The position numbers were made by a program, and so were the translations under genes. Below the pieces are notes generated by a model, which did no database searches, was not told the DNA's origin, and was given only the letters and a program-made list of their open reading frames with translations. Positions 47,969-57,986 of a DNA stretch of 64,000 nucleotides are shown in pieces. This stretch comes from an uncultured Candidatus Berkelbacteria bacterium (GTDB taxonomy: Bacteria > Patescibacteriota > UBA1384 > UBA12157 > JAENIV01), in the NCBI GenBank assembly GCA_963698075.1, contig OY969116.1, positions 606,131-670,130 of the forward strand. Direction: 5' to 3'. How positions within the stretch are numbered: position 1 is the first letter of the stretch; each line of letters opens with the position of its first letter.

Positions 47969-48937
47969 TCAACGACTGCGGGAGAAGGAAACGCCGAGAG
48001 CGCCACCCCGATCGCCAGGTCCATCCGCATCGACACAGACACCATCAGACCCGAAGCCGCCGACACCGACGAGCCCGCCCCCAGAGTTCCGACGACCAGT
48101 CCAAGAATAAATATTTTCTAGTAATCTTTGCTCATTATTTTCACGGTACATTATAAGGTCATAGAGAGCCTCTACCGGTTTTTGTCGTGTTAATTCAGTA
48201 ATTTTAAGCGCCTCTAGTCGTGCAGCTGCCTCTTTCCAATCAGAATCGATTAAACGCTCAATTTCCGAACGTTTGCCATTAAATTCTTCAACGGCTTCCT
48301 GAAATTCTTTTGGCAATGCACCACCCGGAAACGCCTGATTAAGATAGCCTATAATAGTATCTGTCTGTTCGAGATAGTTTTTACTTGTAGAATCGGGAAT
48401 AACTTCTTTGGAAGTAAGCGCCCATTCCATTTGTGGTGTTTCTTCGGTAAAAAATTTCTCGCCTTTATACCAATCAGTATCGTAGAGAACTTTTTCGTCC
48501 CTTCCTTCAAAACGAGCCGAAAGAAGACCCTCCATGCGTTCCATAGTCAGCGGGCTACCGTCAAGGTCACAATTTGCTCTTAAAACTAAGAATTGACCCA
48601 ACCCCTTCGCTTTTTCGAGTTCAGTTGCACTAAAAGGAATACTGGGGACTTCGGCGGAATTTATTTTTATCCCGAATGCCTTTTCGACTTCTTCTGGGCC
48701 CAGGCAATCACTACCTAAAATTTCTTTAGCTTTTTCAACCTGTTTGGCAATCTCACCACCCAATTCCGGTTCGGAAGTTATCCCAAATAGCCCTTTCAAT
48801 TCAAGAGCTTTTTGCAGAATCGCTTCATAGTCGGCGTCGGTCCTAGCACGACTTCGAAGTACAGTGATTTCTTTAGCAATTGTTATGCCTTGTGTCTCTT
48901 TTTCAGCGTCTTCTGGAGTTGGACCAAATTCGCTCAT
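47969..48937 (-). CDS. DGR target protein 1 (probable C-terminal CLec-type variable domain)
   Basis: Ends in VR1 (...YSWT...LGVSFSRSR); paralogous to the C-terminal domain of the ATPase. Confidence 0.9.
   Translation of the reverse strand: MSEFGPTPEDAEKETQGITIAKEITVLRSRARTDADYEAILQKALELKGLFGITSEPELGGEIAKQVEKAKEILGSDCLGPEEVEKAFGIKINSAEVPSIPFSATELEKAKGLGQFLVLRANCDLDGSPLTMERMEGLLSARFEGRDEKVLYDTDWYKGEKFFTEETPQMEWALTSKEVIPDSTSKNYLEQTDTIIGYLNQAFPGGALPKEFQEAVEEFNGKRSEIERLIDSDWKEAAARLEALKITELTRQKPVEALYDLIMYRENNEQRLLENIYSWTGRRNSGGGLVGVGGFGSDGVCVDADGPGDRGGALGVSFSRSR
47974..48096 (-). repeat. DGR variable repeat VR1
   Basis: 24 mismatches to TR counted by hand, all at TR A. Confidence 0.95.
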
Positions 48938-49018
48938 ATTTTTATTCCTTTACCTATTAAATAAAATTTGTATCGACCGCCTCCGGCGGATCAAAGCCAC
49001 AAATATCAAATAACAAAG

Positions 49019-51113
49019 TTACAGACTGCGGGAGAAGGAAACGCCGAGATCGCCACCCCGATCGCCAGGCTCAGGCGCACCGACATCGACACCATCAGAC
49101 CCGAAGCCGCCGACACCTGACGAGCCTGCCCCCAGAGCGCCGACGTTTTGTCCAGGTATAAACATTGGGAAGCAATCGCTCGCCTGTGGTTTGAAAGTAC
49201 GCCGCAAGATCATAGAGCGCTTCAGCGGGTGTTTGTCGAGTAAGCTCGGTGATTTGTAACCCTTCAAGCATTTCAGCCGCCTTTCGCCAGTCAGAAGAAA
49301 GAGTCTCAGCAATACCACCTCTTGCCTTTTGAAATTCATCAATGGCAGTCCGGTAAGCTTCAGGCAATGGACGATCTTTAAAGACTTGATTTTGTAGATA
49401 ATCGACGACCCTATCAGTTTGATCAAGATAATTTTTGCTTGTTGTCTCGGGGACTACGTCTTTTGAGACTAAAGCCCACTTCACTTCCATTTTTTCTTCG
49501 CGCAAGAATTTCTCGTCTTTATACCAGCAATCGTCTTTAAGTTTACCGGTTTTTTCGTCAAAAGCGTAAAGGAGCTTTTTTCCGTCTTTTACTTTACCGC
49601 TTAACTTTTCGTTAATTTCAGCCATAGTCATCGGCAAGCGCAAAACTAACATTTGCCCGAGCTCTTTTGCCCTCTCTAATTCTTCTTTAGAGAACGGAAT
49701 AGCCGGTGCTTCAACACTACCTTCAATACCAAAAGCATTTTTGGCTTCTTCTGGTCCAACAAAGTCTGCTCCCATGATCGTCTTAGCTTCTAAGATATCC
49801 GGCGAAAGCACCGTTTCACTGCTTCTTAAAGCTTCCTTGACAGAATCTGGAACTTCTGGTCTTGTCAATAAATCCGCAAGTTCCTTTTCGGTACGGGTTT
49901 TAGTAGTGCTTTCTGGACGGCTCGCTTGCTCGTCGAGCGTTCTTCTTCTTGTTTCGGCGGTCGGTACATAACCGACATGACGGATCAATTCCTCTAGTTT
50001 TTGTCTTTCAGTCGGAGATTCTAATTTATTAAGATAGTAATATCTTAAGGCGGTTTGGACGGTATCATTAATATCACCACTATAGAAACGCAGGACGAAA
50101 TCTCTGACCCGTCGGGGTTCCATGCGGTCATCGAAGGTAAAAGGTTGAGGTTGATCAGCACCTACTTTTCGTTCTTTGACCATTTCTTTGGCTGCACGAT
50201 GGAATTCTTGATACTTTTGCAGAACCTCCTGCATTCCTGGTATTTCGGCCAATGCTTCTGGTGAAAGTTTATTCTCTCTTGAAACAAGAAAGGATTTTTC
50301 CGATACTTCTTCGGTGGTTTGAACCAAACCAAAAAGAGCTTCAGTTGAATAATTAAAAGTGTCGGGTGGTAAATCAGTGACTTCTTTTTGATAAACCCAA
50401 CGACGAAGTTGAGCTGGATCGAGTGGCTCTCGACCGAAATAACCCTTGCCAGGCGGGTTCATAAAAGCGACAATTTTAGTTTTTTGTTTGCTGACCTCAA
50501 CTGATTCCGAGGCGTCTTCAGAAAGAACGACCTCGCCGTTTCTTTCTATCGCGTCTAAAACCTCATGCAAACGAATTAAAATGTTAGGGGCAGCGGCATT
50601 GATTTCGTCTAAAACAACTACTTTGGTTTTACCTTCCTCTTGTCTTAAACCGGCGGTGACTCGGCCATCGGCAAAAACATATTCTGGATCGTCTGGTTTG
50701 GTTCGGTGAGGATTAGGAATATAACGACCCATCAGGTCCTCAACATCGGTCGCGCCGTTCAAGTTGGCATAATGGACCTCCCAACCAAGCTCTGAACACA
50801 TTTTCCTGGCGGTGGTTGTTTTACCGACACTTGTGCCGGCCTCTACTAAGATCGGGTCTCCCTCTAACCAACTAACAGCTATCTTTTGTTGCAGTTCTAA
50901 GGCGAAACGATCACTAATATAATCTTGGTATTGCTCACGCTTGGGTGTAAATTCAGAAGTAGTTTTGGCTTTTTCTAAACGCACACCCAAATAAGAGACG
51001 GCAGTTTCGTCTTCTTGGACAGGCCGGCGAGTTTCGGGGTTGACCCGGGTCTGACTAACGGTCTCTTCCGATTCCGAAGCCGGATTAAAGTTAGATTCTG
51101 GTGAATTTGGCAT
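49019..51113 (-). CDS. DGR target 2: MoxR/AAA_5 ATPase plus variable domain, frameshifted inside VR2 (current stop 49095, intact stop 49019)
   Basis: Walker A GTSVGKTT, DLMG, Walker B VVLDEIN, MNPPG.GYFGREPLDPAQLRRW. Confidence 0.9.
49023..49148 (-). repeat. DGR variable repeat VR2
   Basis: 22 mismatches, all at TR A, plus a 1-nt insertion at 49116-49118. Confidence 0.95.
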
Positions 51114-51120
51114 CGTAATT

Positions 51121-51525
51121 TTAAATTCGATAAGTTAAACCAACTCGTTCCAAAATATTATAATTGATACTAATGTTTTTAAGTATTTCATCGGTAGTCA
51201 AAAAGATAATACCTGTGTCTTGGTATTCTACTGAGTAAACCGTTGGTTGCATCGTATCGTGGTCAAAAAACTCAATTTGCCCCGTGGGATACTGAACTAT
51301 AAAATCATACTCTGGTTTAATGTCGCTACCCAACACTAAGAAATTTCTCTTATTATTTTTAATATTTTGCGCTAACTGGATAGCAGATTTAGATTCTATA
51401 AAATTTTCTTTTTTAAAGATTTCTTGGAATTCTTTTAATTCAGATTCATTACGAGCAATTGCCAAAGAAATCTCTTTTTGGCCTATTGTTAAATTTAAAA
51501 ATTGCTGAAACTTTTTTGTATCCAT
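51121..51525 (-). CDS. Hypothetical protein within the VWA-MoxR operon
   Basis: 134-aa ORF tightly packed between the VWA and ATPase genes. Confidence 0.6.
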   Translation of the reverse strand: MDTKKFQQFLNLTIGQKEISLAIARNESELKEFQEIFKKENFIESKSAIQLAQNIKNNKRNFLVLGSDIKPEYDFIVQYPTGQIEFFDHDTMQPTVYSVEYQDTGIIFLTTDEILKNISINYNILERVGLTYRI

Positions 51526-51538
51526 TGATTATAACTTA

Positions 51539-53605
51539 TCAAAATTTATCATAGTTAGCAATTACTTCGCGAATCAGATCGGCTAACTTTTCAGCCATTT
51601 CTTTAATGTTGACATCGGCTAAGCTATTAGGATAATATCTTTCAACATGTTTAGTACCGGGACCGATTCCTAAACCAATCAATTTTTGATTGGTTTCACT
51701 TAATATCCTTTGGACCATTTTTCCTAAATCGTACGTTGCTCGTGGGTGCATGAGTGACTCTTCGGGTCTGCCGTCTGATAAAACGATTAGGAATTTTTCG
51801 GCAGCCTTTTGTCTATTCAGTCTTTCCGAAGCCCGCTCTAGTGCCCAACCGTCGTCGTTCCATCGAGCCTTGCCCGTATCGCTCGTGTCGCTAACTTCCT
51901 GAAGCATGCCGCCCATATTCTCTCTGATGGAACTGGCCATTGGCTCCCCGAAGCTTTGATATTCATAAATACGATCATTAAAACCGAGTATCTCAGTTTG
52001 TATGGATAGACGGTTTAGAACTTCAGCAAGCACAATCACCGCCTTAAATGTCTCGTCGATTTTTTCACCCTGCATTGAGCCAGAAAGATCAGCTAGAAGT
52101 GTAATCGCATAATCTTTTTCTGCAGGCAACTCACGTCGTTCCCAGGCCTTACTTTCCATTGCTGGTATGCCTTTAGCTTTTTCTTGGATTCTCTTTTTAA
52201 TATCAATTCTTTTACCAGTGCGAAAACCGCCATCCCATTGATGGGCACGCCTGGCAACGAACAACTCTCTTAAATCTTGCTCCAGCTGGTCAATAATCGG
52301 CAAAACTTCTCGGCGATATCGCTCGTAGATATTAGCGTCTTTTTTAAGTTCTTTGGCTACCAATTCTCGATATTTTCTGATTTCTTCAGATTCTTCTGGT
52401 CTCGTAGGAGGAGGTCCTTCAGAGACTTTTGGACGTTCGGAAATTTCTTCGGTTGCTCTATCGGCCTTCTTTTCGGGATCATCCGATAACTTGCCTCCTA
52501 TTTCTTCATTCAGTTCTTTTTCAAAATCTTTAAGTGCCGCTTCGGCTTTTTCCTGCAGTTCTTTTTTCTTTTCTTCTGGCAAAGAATCGATATAATCTTG
52601 TATTTTTTGCTTTAGCTCTTCGGAGAATGAGTCCATATCTATCGGCATAGGTTGACCTTCTGCCTGTTGCTTTTGCGCTTCCTCCAAAGCTTTTTTGATT
52701 GCCTCTTCAAGAGTTTTTTGTTCTTCAGGCGTTAATTTATCCGTTAGCTCTTGTGGTTGACCTTGACCTTCACTCGTGGCTTGTTCCATCTCTTTTAATA
52801 ACTCTTGGGTTTGCTGGTCTTCCATATCTTTTTCAACCAGTTTTTTGAATTCTGGCCAAACCCGATCTCTATTAATTTCATACGATCTTTCTGCATACCG
52901 ACTGATTAATTCTTCGCTTTTATCAGCTTCGGCTCTTGAAGGATACCGCCACCAAGAATCTCTGGCTGATTCCAAAGTAGTCGAGACAACGACTTTGACG
53001 TCTTCTGGCAAATCTTCAGAGATTTTTATTTCTTCACCTCTGATTTCTCCAAACCATTGTCTAATATATTCATATCCCGCCTGCATAAACTTGGGTTTGC
53101 GTCCAAGTTTATCTTGAGCTTCTTCGCTCATTTTACTCTGCGATTCAAAAAATTTTCCCCATGCAATATCAACATTTTCTTGATATTTTGGATAACTTTC
53201 AGCCACAAAATTATCACTCCTTGGATCTTCAATAAAGTTTGACATCGCCGAAAATCCAGGCTGTTGCCATACTTCCAAAGGAATAAATTCCGTTCTACTT
53301 ACCCTGCGATGGCCGCCTTCATGGCAGATTAGATAACGAAGTTCGTCAATCGGTTTTTCCAAAAGATCTTTGGGATCTATCCGGATTTTGTTTTCCTTAA
53401 AATCCCAATGCCAACCCTTTCCTGGTTCGTTCAATTCGACTGGAATTCTAAAATCTTTGCCGATAAAAAAGGCAAGTGATGATAGAATTTGTCTTTTCCT
53501 TTCAATCTCCGCAAGATCAGATTCAGTGAATTCAGGGTTAGATTCTGGCTGTTCAGTTCCTCCTAGATAATCCTCTGTTGAATTGTATGTTTCCGGATTA
53601 GCCAT
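51539..53605 (-). CDS. VWA-domain protein (CobT/NorD-like) with N-terminal HExxH
   Basis: HEGGH...N.IEDPR; acidic coiled linker; MIDAS DLSGSM; LSDGRP. Confidence 0.88.
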   Translation of the reverse strand: MANPETYNSTEDYLGGTEQPESNPEFTESDLAEIERKRQILSSLAFFIGKDFRIPVELNEPGKGWHWDFKENKIRIDPKDLLEKPIDELRYLICHEGGHRRVSRTEFIPLEVWQQPGFSAMSNFIEDPRSDNFVAESYPKYQENVDIAWGKFFESQSKMSEEAQDKLGRKPKFMQAGYEYIRQWFGEIRGEEIKISEDLPEDVKVVVSTTLESARDSWWRYPSRAEADKSEELISRYAERSYEINRDRVWPEFKKLVEKDMEDQQTQELLKEMEQATSEGQGQPQELTDKLTPEEQKTLEEAIKKALEEAQKQQAEGQPMPIDMDSFSEELKQKIQDYIDSLPEEKKKELQEKAEAALKDFEKELNEEIGGKLSDDPEKKADRATEEISERPKVSEGPPPTRPEESEEIRKYRELVAKELKKDANIYERYRREVLPIIDQLEQDLRELFVARRAHQWDGGFRTGKRIDIKKRIQEKAKGIPAMESKAWERRELPAEKDYAITLLADLSGSMQGEKIDETFKAVIVLAEVLNRLSIQTEILGFNDRIYEYQSFGEPMASSIRENMGGMLQEVSDTSDTGKARWNDDGWALERASERLNRQKAAEKFLIVLSDGRPEESLMHPRATYDLGKMVQRILSETNQKLIGLGIGPGTKHVERYYPNSLADVNIKEMAEKLADLIREVIANYDKF

Positions 53606-53697
53606 ATTTGACTCTAATCTAATATTAACTAATAATCCCTAACTTTTCAATCTGAATTTTAGAGATTATTAAGACGAAAGGAGCCAAATCCTAATTT

Positions 53698-55282
53698 CTA
53701 AAATTCATTGTTAAAACCCAATCCTCGGCCATGATTAGCAAATAATTCTTTGGTTTCCTTGTCAATAAAATCTGCTAAATCCTTGCGAGTTTTCCTACGA
53801 GGAATCATACCTGTGATGCCCCTGTTATTAATGCCTATTCTTTTTACAACCATAAAGGATGTCTGCTGATCATTTTTTTCTATTATCTTTAAGATTAGCA
53901 CCGTAAACGCATCGACCAAATCATTGTGTTTGGTTACGCCAAAATTAAGTAGCTGATCGATAAGTTGGTCAGCGCCCTTTTCCGGAAACAATATCCATTT
54001 ATTGAATATCCAAGTTGCAGCCATCTCAAGTCGCGCTCGCTTATCCATGCCATGAATTTGCAAACCCTCAGCCCGAAAACAGCTTTCGCGGAGAAGCTGG
54101 GTCAAATATCCTTGAAGCATCACCTCCTCGACATAAATCGAGGTTGAATACCGACCGAAACTCTTGGCGATTATTTTAATCTTTTCGATAGTCTGGGGAA
54201 TTTGCATCCGCTCGTTAATCGGATTCGGCAAAATATATATTCTTTTTTCATCGCCTGAGCCGATAATCATACAGGAAACGATGGCAGTGTAATCGGCGCT
54301 GTCTTTTTCGCTTATTGCCAGGTCAACTCCCAAGGCATATTCGTAATGCTGTCCTCTAAGAGGTTGGGGCAAGTCTCGGTAATACCCAATCCAATCTCTT
54401 GAAATAATTGGCTCGCGATTGTCAATGATTTTTAGGAGGTATTCGCGGCTCCAAGTAAACTTATTGCCGATCTTTTTTCTTTTCTTTTTCAACCGCTTCA
54501 AGATTAGGGAATTTTCCGGGCCACATGACGGTCCCGTTATCGGTAACGATCGGATATTCCTTGTATACTCCGCTTCGAATGCCTTCGGCAATTTCGTTTT
54601 TTAGTCGCATAAGGAGACAATCGCTATGCAAAATATTTCCGGTTATAACAACCTTCGTGTTTTTATCTCCGAGCGGCAGAATTTCGCTCGTAAACCAATC
54701 GTAAGTGGCGTCTCTACCCTCTTGTGTTTTCACGCTCGAAAGGTCGTCTGGATCGTCTACGACCACCAAATCCGGACGGTATGCTCCGTGTTTAATGCCG
54801 CGAATAGCCTGCTCTTTAGAGGCAACGATTATACGGGCCTTGTAATTTTTAATGAAGATTGTTTGAGCATTCCATTCATCACTTTCGTCTCTAAATGGCC
54901 CCAAGTCTTCTTTAAGAAGATCGTTGGTTGCCAATTCGTTTTTGAGATTTTTAAAATGCAAGGCAGCCTGTTCTTTAACCTGGCTAACAATCAAGATGAA
55001 TTTTTTGGATTGAACACCTAAGATTCCCCATATCGGGTAACTCAGTGTATTGATCACGCTCTTGCCTGAATTTCTGAAGGCGCACAAGACGACAAGGGGA
55101 ATTGACTGGTCTTCGGTTAAAGCAAATATCACTTTTTGAAACATTGCAGTTTTGTACTTTAAATAGCGGCTAAAATATACGCTGAAGAATACCTCATGAT
55201 TTTCTCTTGTCAGTGCAATTCTTGTGGCTTTGTCTTTTTTAATGTAATCAAACAAGTTATTTTTTCTTTTTTTGCGTTTCAT
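53698..55282 (-). pseudogene. Terminase large subunit-like gene split by a frameshift near 54473-54478
   Basis: AFRNSGKS Walker A, IRG, VVVDDPD Walker B; nuclease part GVDLA...DYTA...HNDLVDA in a second frame. Confidence 0.78.
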
Positions 55283-55706
55283 TTTTGCTCCTTTTAGTTT
55301 TAATTAAAGAAGCCAGTTCAAGAGCTTTCTTGATACTTGCTTCTTGTTCTGGTGTTAATTTTTCGTTTTGGGTCGTGATGTTACCACTAACCTCAAGTTT
55401 ATTGGCATAGGCTTTATGCCTATGATTTAACCAATAAAATATTGCACTTATATTCTGATCTTTTATTGCTTGAAGTAGTTGACTTTCGGTTAGGTCGTTT
55501 ACTAAAGCGATGCCTTCTTGAAGTGCAAGATCGGCAGCTCTAGCGAACTTTTTATCGTGGTTGTACCAGCGATAATAAGTTTGGCGAGAAATACTAGATT
55601 TTTCGCAAGAGGCTTGGATAATTGGGATTCTCTTGAGATTTTCAATAAAGATTTCTTTTTGTTTTACTTTTCTAATTTCAATTTTTCTGGATTCACCTTT
55701 AAACAT
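55257..55706 (-). CDS. HTH protein, terminase small subunit-like
   Basis: ACEKSSISRQTYYRW...D.KF; AIFYWL; directly upstream of the large subunit. Confidence 0.6.
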   Translation of the reverse strand: MFKGESRKIEIRKVKQKEIFIENLKRIPIIQASCEKSSISRQTYYRWYNHDKKFARAADLALQEGIALVNDLTESQLLQAIKDQNISAIFYWLNHRHKAYANKLEVSGNITTQNEKLTPEQEASIKKALELASLIKTKRSKNETQKKKK

Positions 55707-55714
55707 TGATACTC

Positions 55715-56470
55715 CTAACTAATCTTCGTCGCTTTAAGACCGGTCACTTTAGCAACTCGATCAATTGCGGTTCTAACATATTCGGGGTCAAGCTCGATCC
55801 CGTAGCACTTCCTTTTAACTTGTTCGGCAGCCAGAATGCTACTCCCTGATCCCAAAAATCCATCGTAAATGACATCTCCAATCCTAGAACTATTAAGTAT
55901 AAGGTTCCTTAAAAGTCCGATCGGCTTCATTGTTGGATGAAGTTTGGATTTGTTTGGTTTGGGGTAGAAGAGCAGACTCTTATCTTTTGATTTACGAAAC
56001 TCATGCGTTCCAAGCCATCCGAAGGCGACTAATTCATGCTGTGGCAAGTAATTGAGTCTACCAATTACTGGATGGCTTTTTACCCATATAAGCAATTGTG
56101 CGAACTTAAACCCTGCCTGAAGCATTCCTTCTCTTAGCGCAAAAATCATTTTGTCACTATTGAAAATGTACGCACTATTTTTTTGAGCAAGATAAGGCTT
56201 TATTGCCTCTAACCATTCTGTTGTGAATTGTCGATATTCATCGTCAGTCTGTTCTTGATCATTAAGAATCGCCTTATGTTTGTATGACTTTTGGAAGATT
56301 TGCTTGCTTTCGCTTAGAGAAACTCCGTAAGGAGGATCTATAAGCAAGATCTTAACTTTTTCATTTTCGATTAATTTTTTAATTATTTCTGGGTCTCGAG
56401 CATCCCCATTAATAATTTTATGATCACCGATTTTGAACATATCCCTATAATTAATATTATCTTTTTCCAT
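55715..56470 (-). CDS. DNA N4/N6 methyltransferase
   Basis: DPPY, HPTMKP, DGFLGSGS, GIELDPEY. Confidence 0.9.
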   Translation of the reverse strand: MEKDNINYRDMFKIGDHKIINGDARDPEIIKKLIENEKVKILLIDPPYGVSLSESKQIFQKSYKHKAILNDQEQTDDEYRQFTTEWLEAIKPYLAQKNSAYIFNSDKMIFALREGMLQAGFKFAQLLIWVKSHPVIGRLNYLPQHELVAFGWLGTHEFRKSKDKSLLFYPKPNKSKLHPTMKPIGLLRNLILNSSRIGDVIYDGFLGSGSSILAAEQVKRKCYGIELDPEYVRTAIDRVAKVTGLKATKIS

Positions 56471-57767
56471 TTGGAACTCCTTTCGCAATTAATTTTGGTT
56501 TTTCACCAGTCAAGGTCTCAAAACGTTTCAATATCAGATCAACGAAGATCGGCTCTTTTTCAACCATCGCTACCTTTCTTTTTAGCTGGACCGCTGCGGA
56601 CATCACAGGGCCAGATCCAGCAAACATATCCAGAATTAAATCGCCGGGCCGCGTGCAACGCCTTAAGGGTTTTTCAAAAAGCGTAGCTGGTTTTTCTGTC
56701 GGATGCTCATAGTTTTGCCCTGCAATCCTTTTGACCATCCAGATGTCCAGTTGGTCAAGGATGTCGTCAATCTGCCGATTCCCGGTTGCAATTTGCTTGT
56801 TTAAGATTTCTGTAAGATTTGGACACTTTGGGGAGGTGTATGGCTTGCCACGTGTGCCATACGTAACTGGTTCATATGACTTATTGAATGCCACTTGAGG
56901 CGTAGGGTTAAAAGCTCCCTTTATCCAGAGACAGGTACGGACAGGCTTGATGTTCAATTTTTTATATAGCGTTTGAATCAGCCAGACATAGCTTTGGTCG
57001 GAAAAGTAAAAATAATGTGAATCTTTTTTACTGAACTTAATTGCATTTGTTATGCTCTGTTTTAAAAATTCTTTATATTCTTCGTCGCTTTTGCTATCAT
57101 CAACATGACCGCCATATGAGGATTTACCGCCAATTCCTGAATTGTAATCGAGAGAAATATTAAAAGGTGGATCGCAACACACCATGTCTGCATGCTTACC
57201 AGACATAAGTATTTCAATTGCTTTTTCATTGAGGGAATCCGCACATAAAAGTCTGTTTTCGCCTAACGAATAAAGATCACCTTCTTTTGAGGCAGGACTC
57301 TTAATTCGTTCAAGCTCTTTGTGGGCGTCAAATTCATCTTCTGAAACCTCTAAAGCATCATCAAAAATGTTCGAAATCTCAAAATCTTTAAATCCTGCTT
57401 CCAAAACTACATCGATATCAAAGCTTCTTAATAAATCATAATCCCATGAGCCATTCGAAATGTTCATTTTCAGTAAAATATCTTTTTCTTTTTTTGGATC
57501 GCTAACACAGATTCTAACCACCGGAACTTTCTGAAGTTTAAGTCTTTGTGCAGCCACAAGTCTCAAGTTACCCGAAAGCACTATATTCTCTCGATCTGGA
57601 GCAGAATTGACTATCAGAGGGTTTATAATCCCGTGGTCTTTGAAACTTCCCATTACTTTCTGGATTTCCTGCTCGCCGAATGTTCGGGGATTTCCAGGGT
57701 AGAATTTAAGTGATTTTACATCGACATATTCGATGGAAATTTTCTCTTTCAATTTTTCTTTGTTCAT
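56457..57767 (-). CDS. ParB-like domain plus DNA N4/N6 methyltransferase
   Basis: NPR...SGNLRL ParB/Srx domain; DPPFN, HPTEKP, DMFAGSG. Confidence 0.88.
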   Translation of the reverse strand: MNKEKLKEKISIEYVDVKSLKFYPGNPRTFGEQEIQKVMGSFKDHGIINPLIVNSAPDRENIVLSGNLRLVAAQRLKLQKVPVVRICVSDPKKEKDILLKMNISNGSWDYDLLRSFDIDVVLEAGFKDFEISNIFDDALEVSEDEFDAHKELERIKSPASKEGDLYSLGENRLLCADSLNEKAIEILMSGKHADMVCCDPPFNISLDYNSGIGGKSSYGGHVDDSKSDEEYKEFLKQSITNAIKFSKKDSHYFYFSDQSYVWLIQTLYKKLNIKPVRTCLWIKGAFNPTPQVAFNKSYEPVTYGTRGKPYTSPKCPNLTEILNKQIATGNRQIDDILDQLDIWMVKRIAGQNYEHPTEKPATLFEKPLRRCTRPGDLILDMFAGSGPVMSAAVQLKRKVAMVEKEPIFVDLILKRFETLTGEKPKLIAKGVPNGKR

Positions 57768-57986
57768 TTTTACTCCTTTCGTTACTTGTCGCGTCTTTTA
57801 ACAAAAAAGGCGCGATTTGCAAACAAAAAATTACCTTTCGGTAAATTTTCATTTGAAACTCGCGCCTTAAAAGCGTCGATCTCAAACGTAGATTATTAAA
57901 TTTTTTAACTGTTTGTTGCTTTACGCAACTACAATCTTATTATAAAGTATCCATCTAATTTGTCAAGCTCCAGTAATCAACCATTC

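Noticed and set aside
49019-49426. 135-aa ORF as a separate gene
   Set aside because: Only its last ~30 codons are meaningful; they are the displaced tail of the frameshifted ATPase
54461-54495. Programmed -1 frameshift at A-AAA-AAG in the terminase
   Set aside because: A -1 shift reaches a stop within about 14 codons; a +1 correction is what is needed
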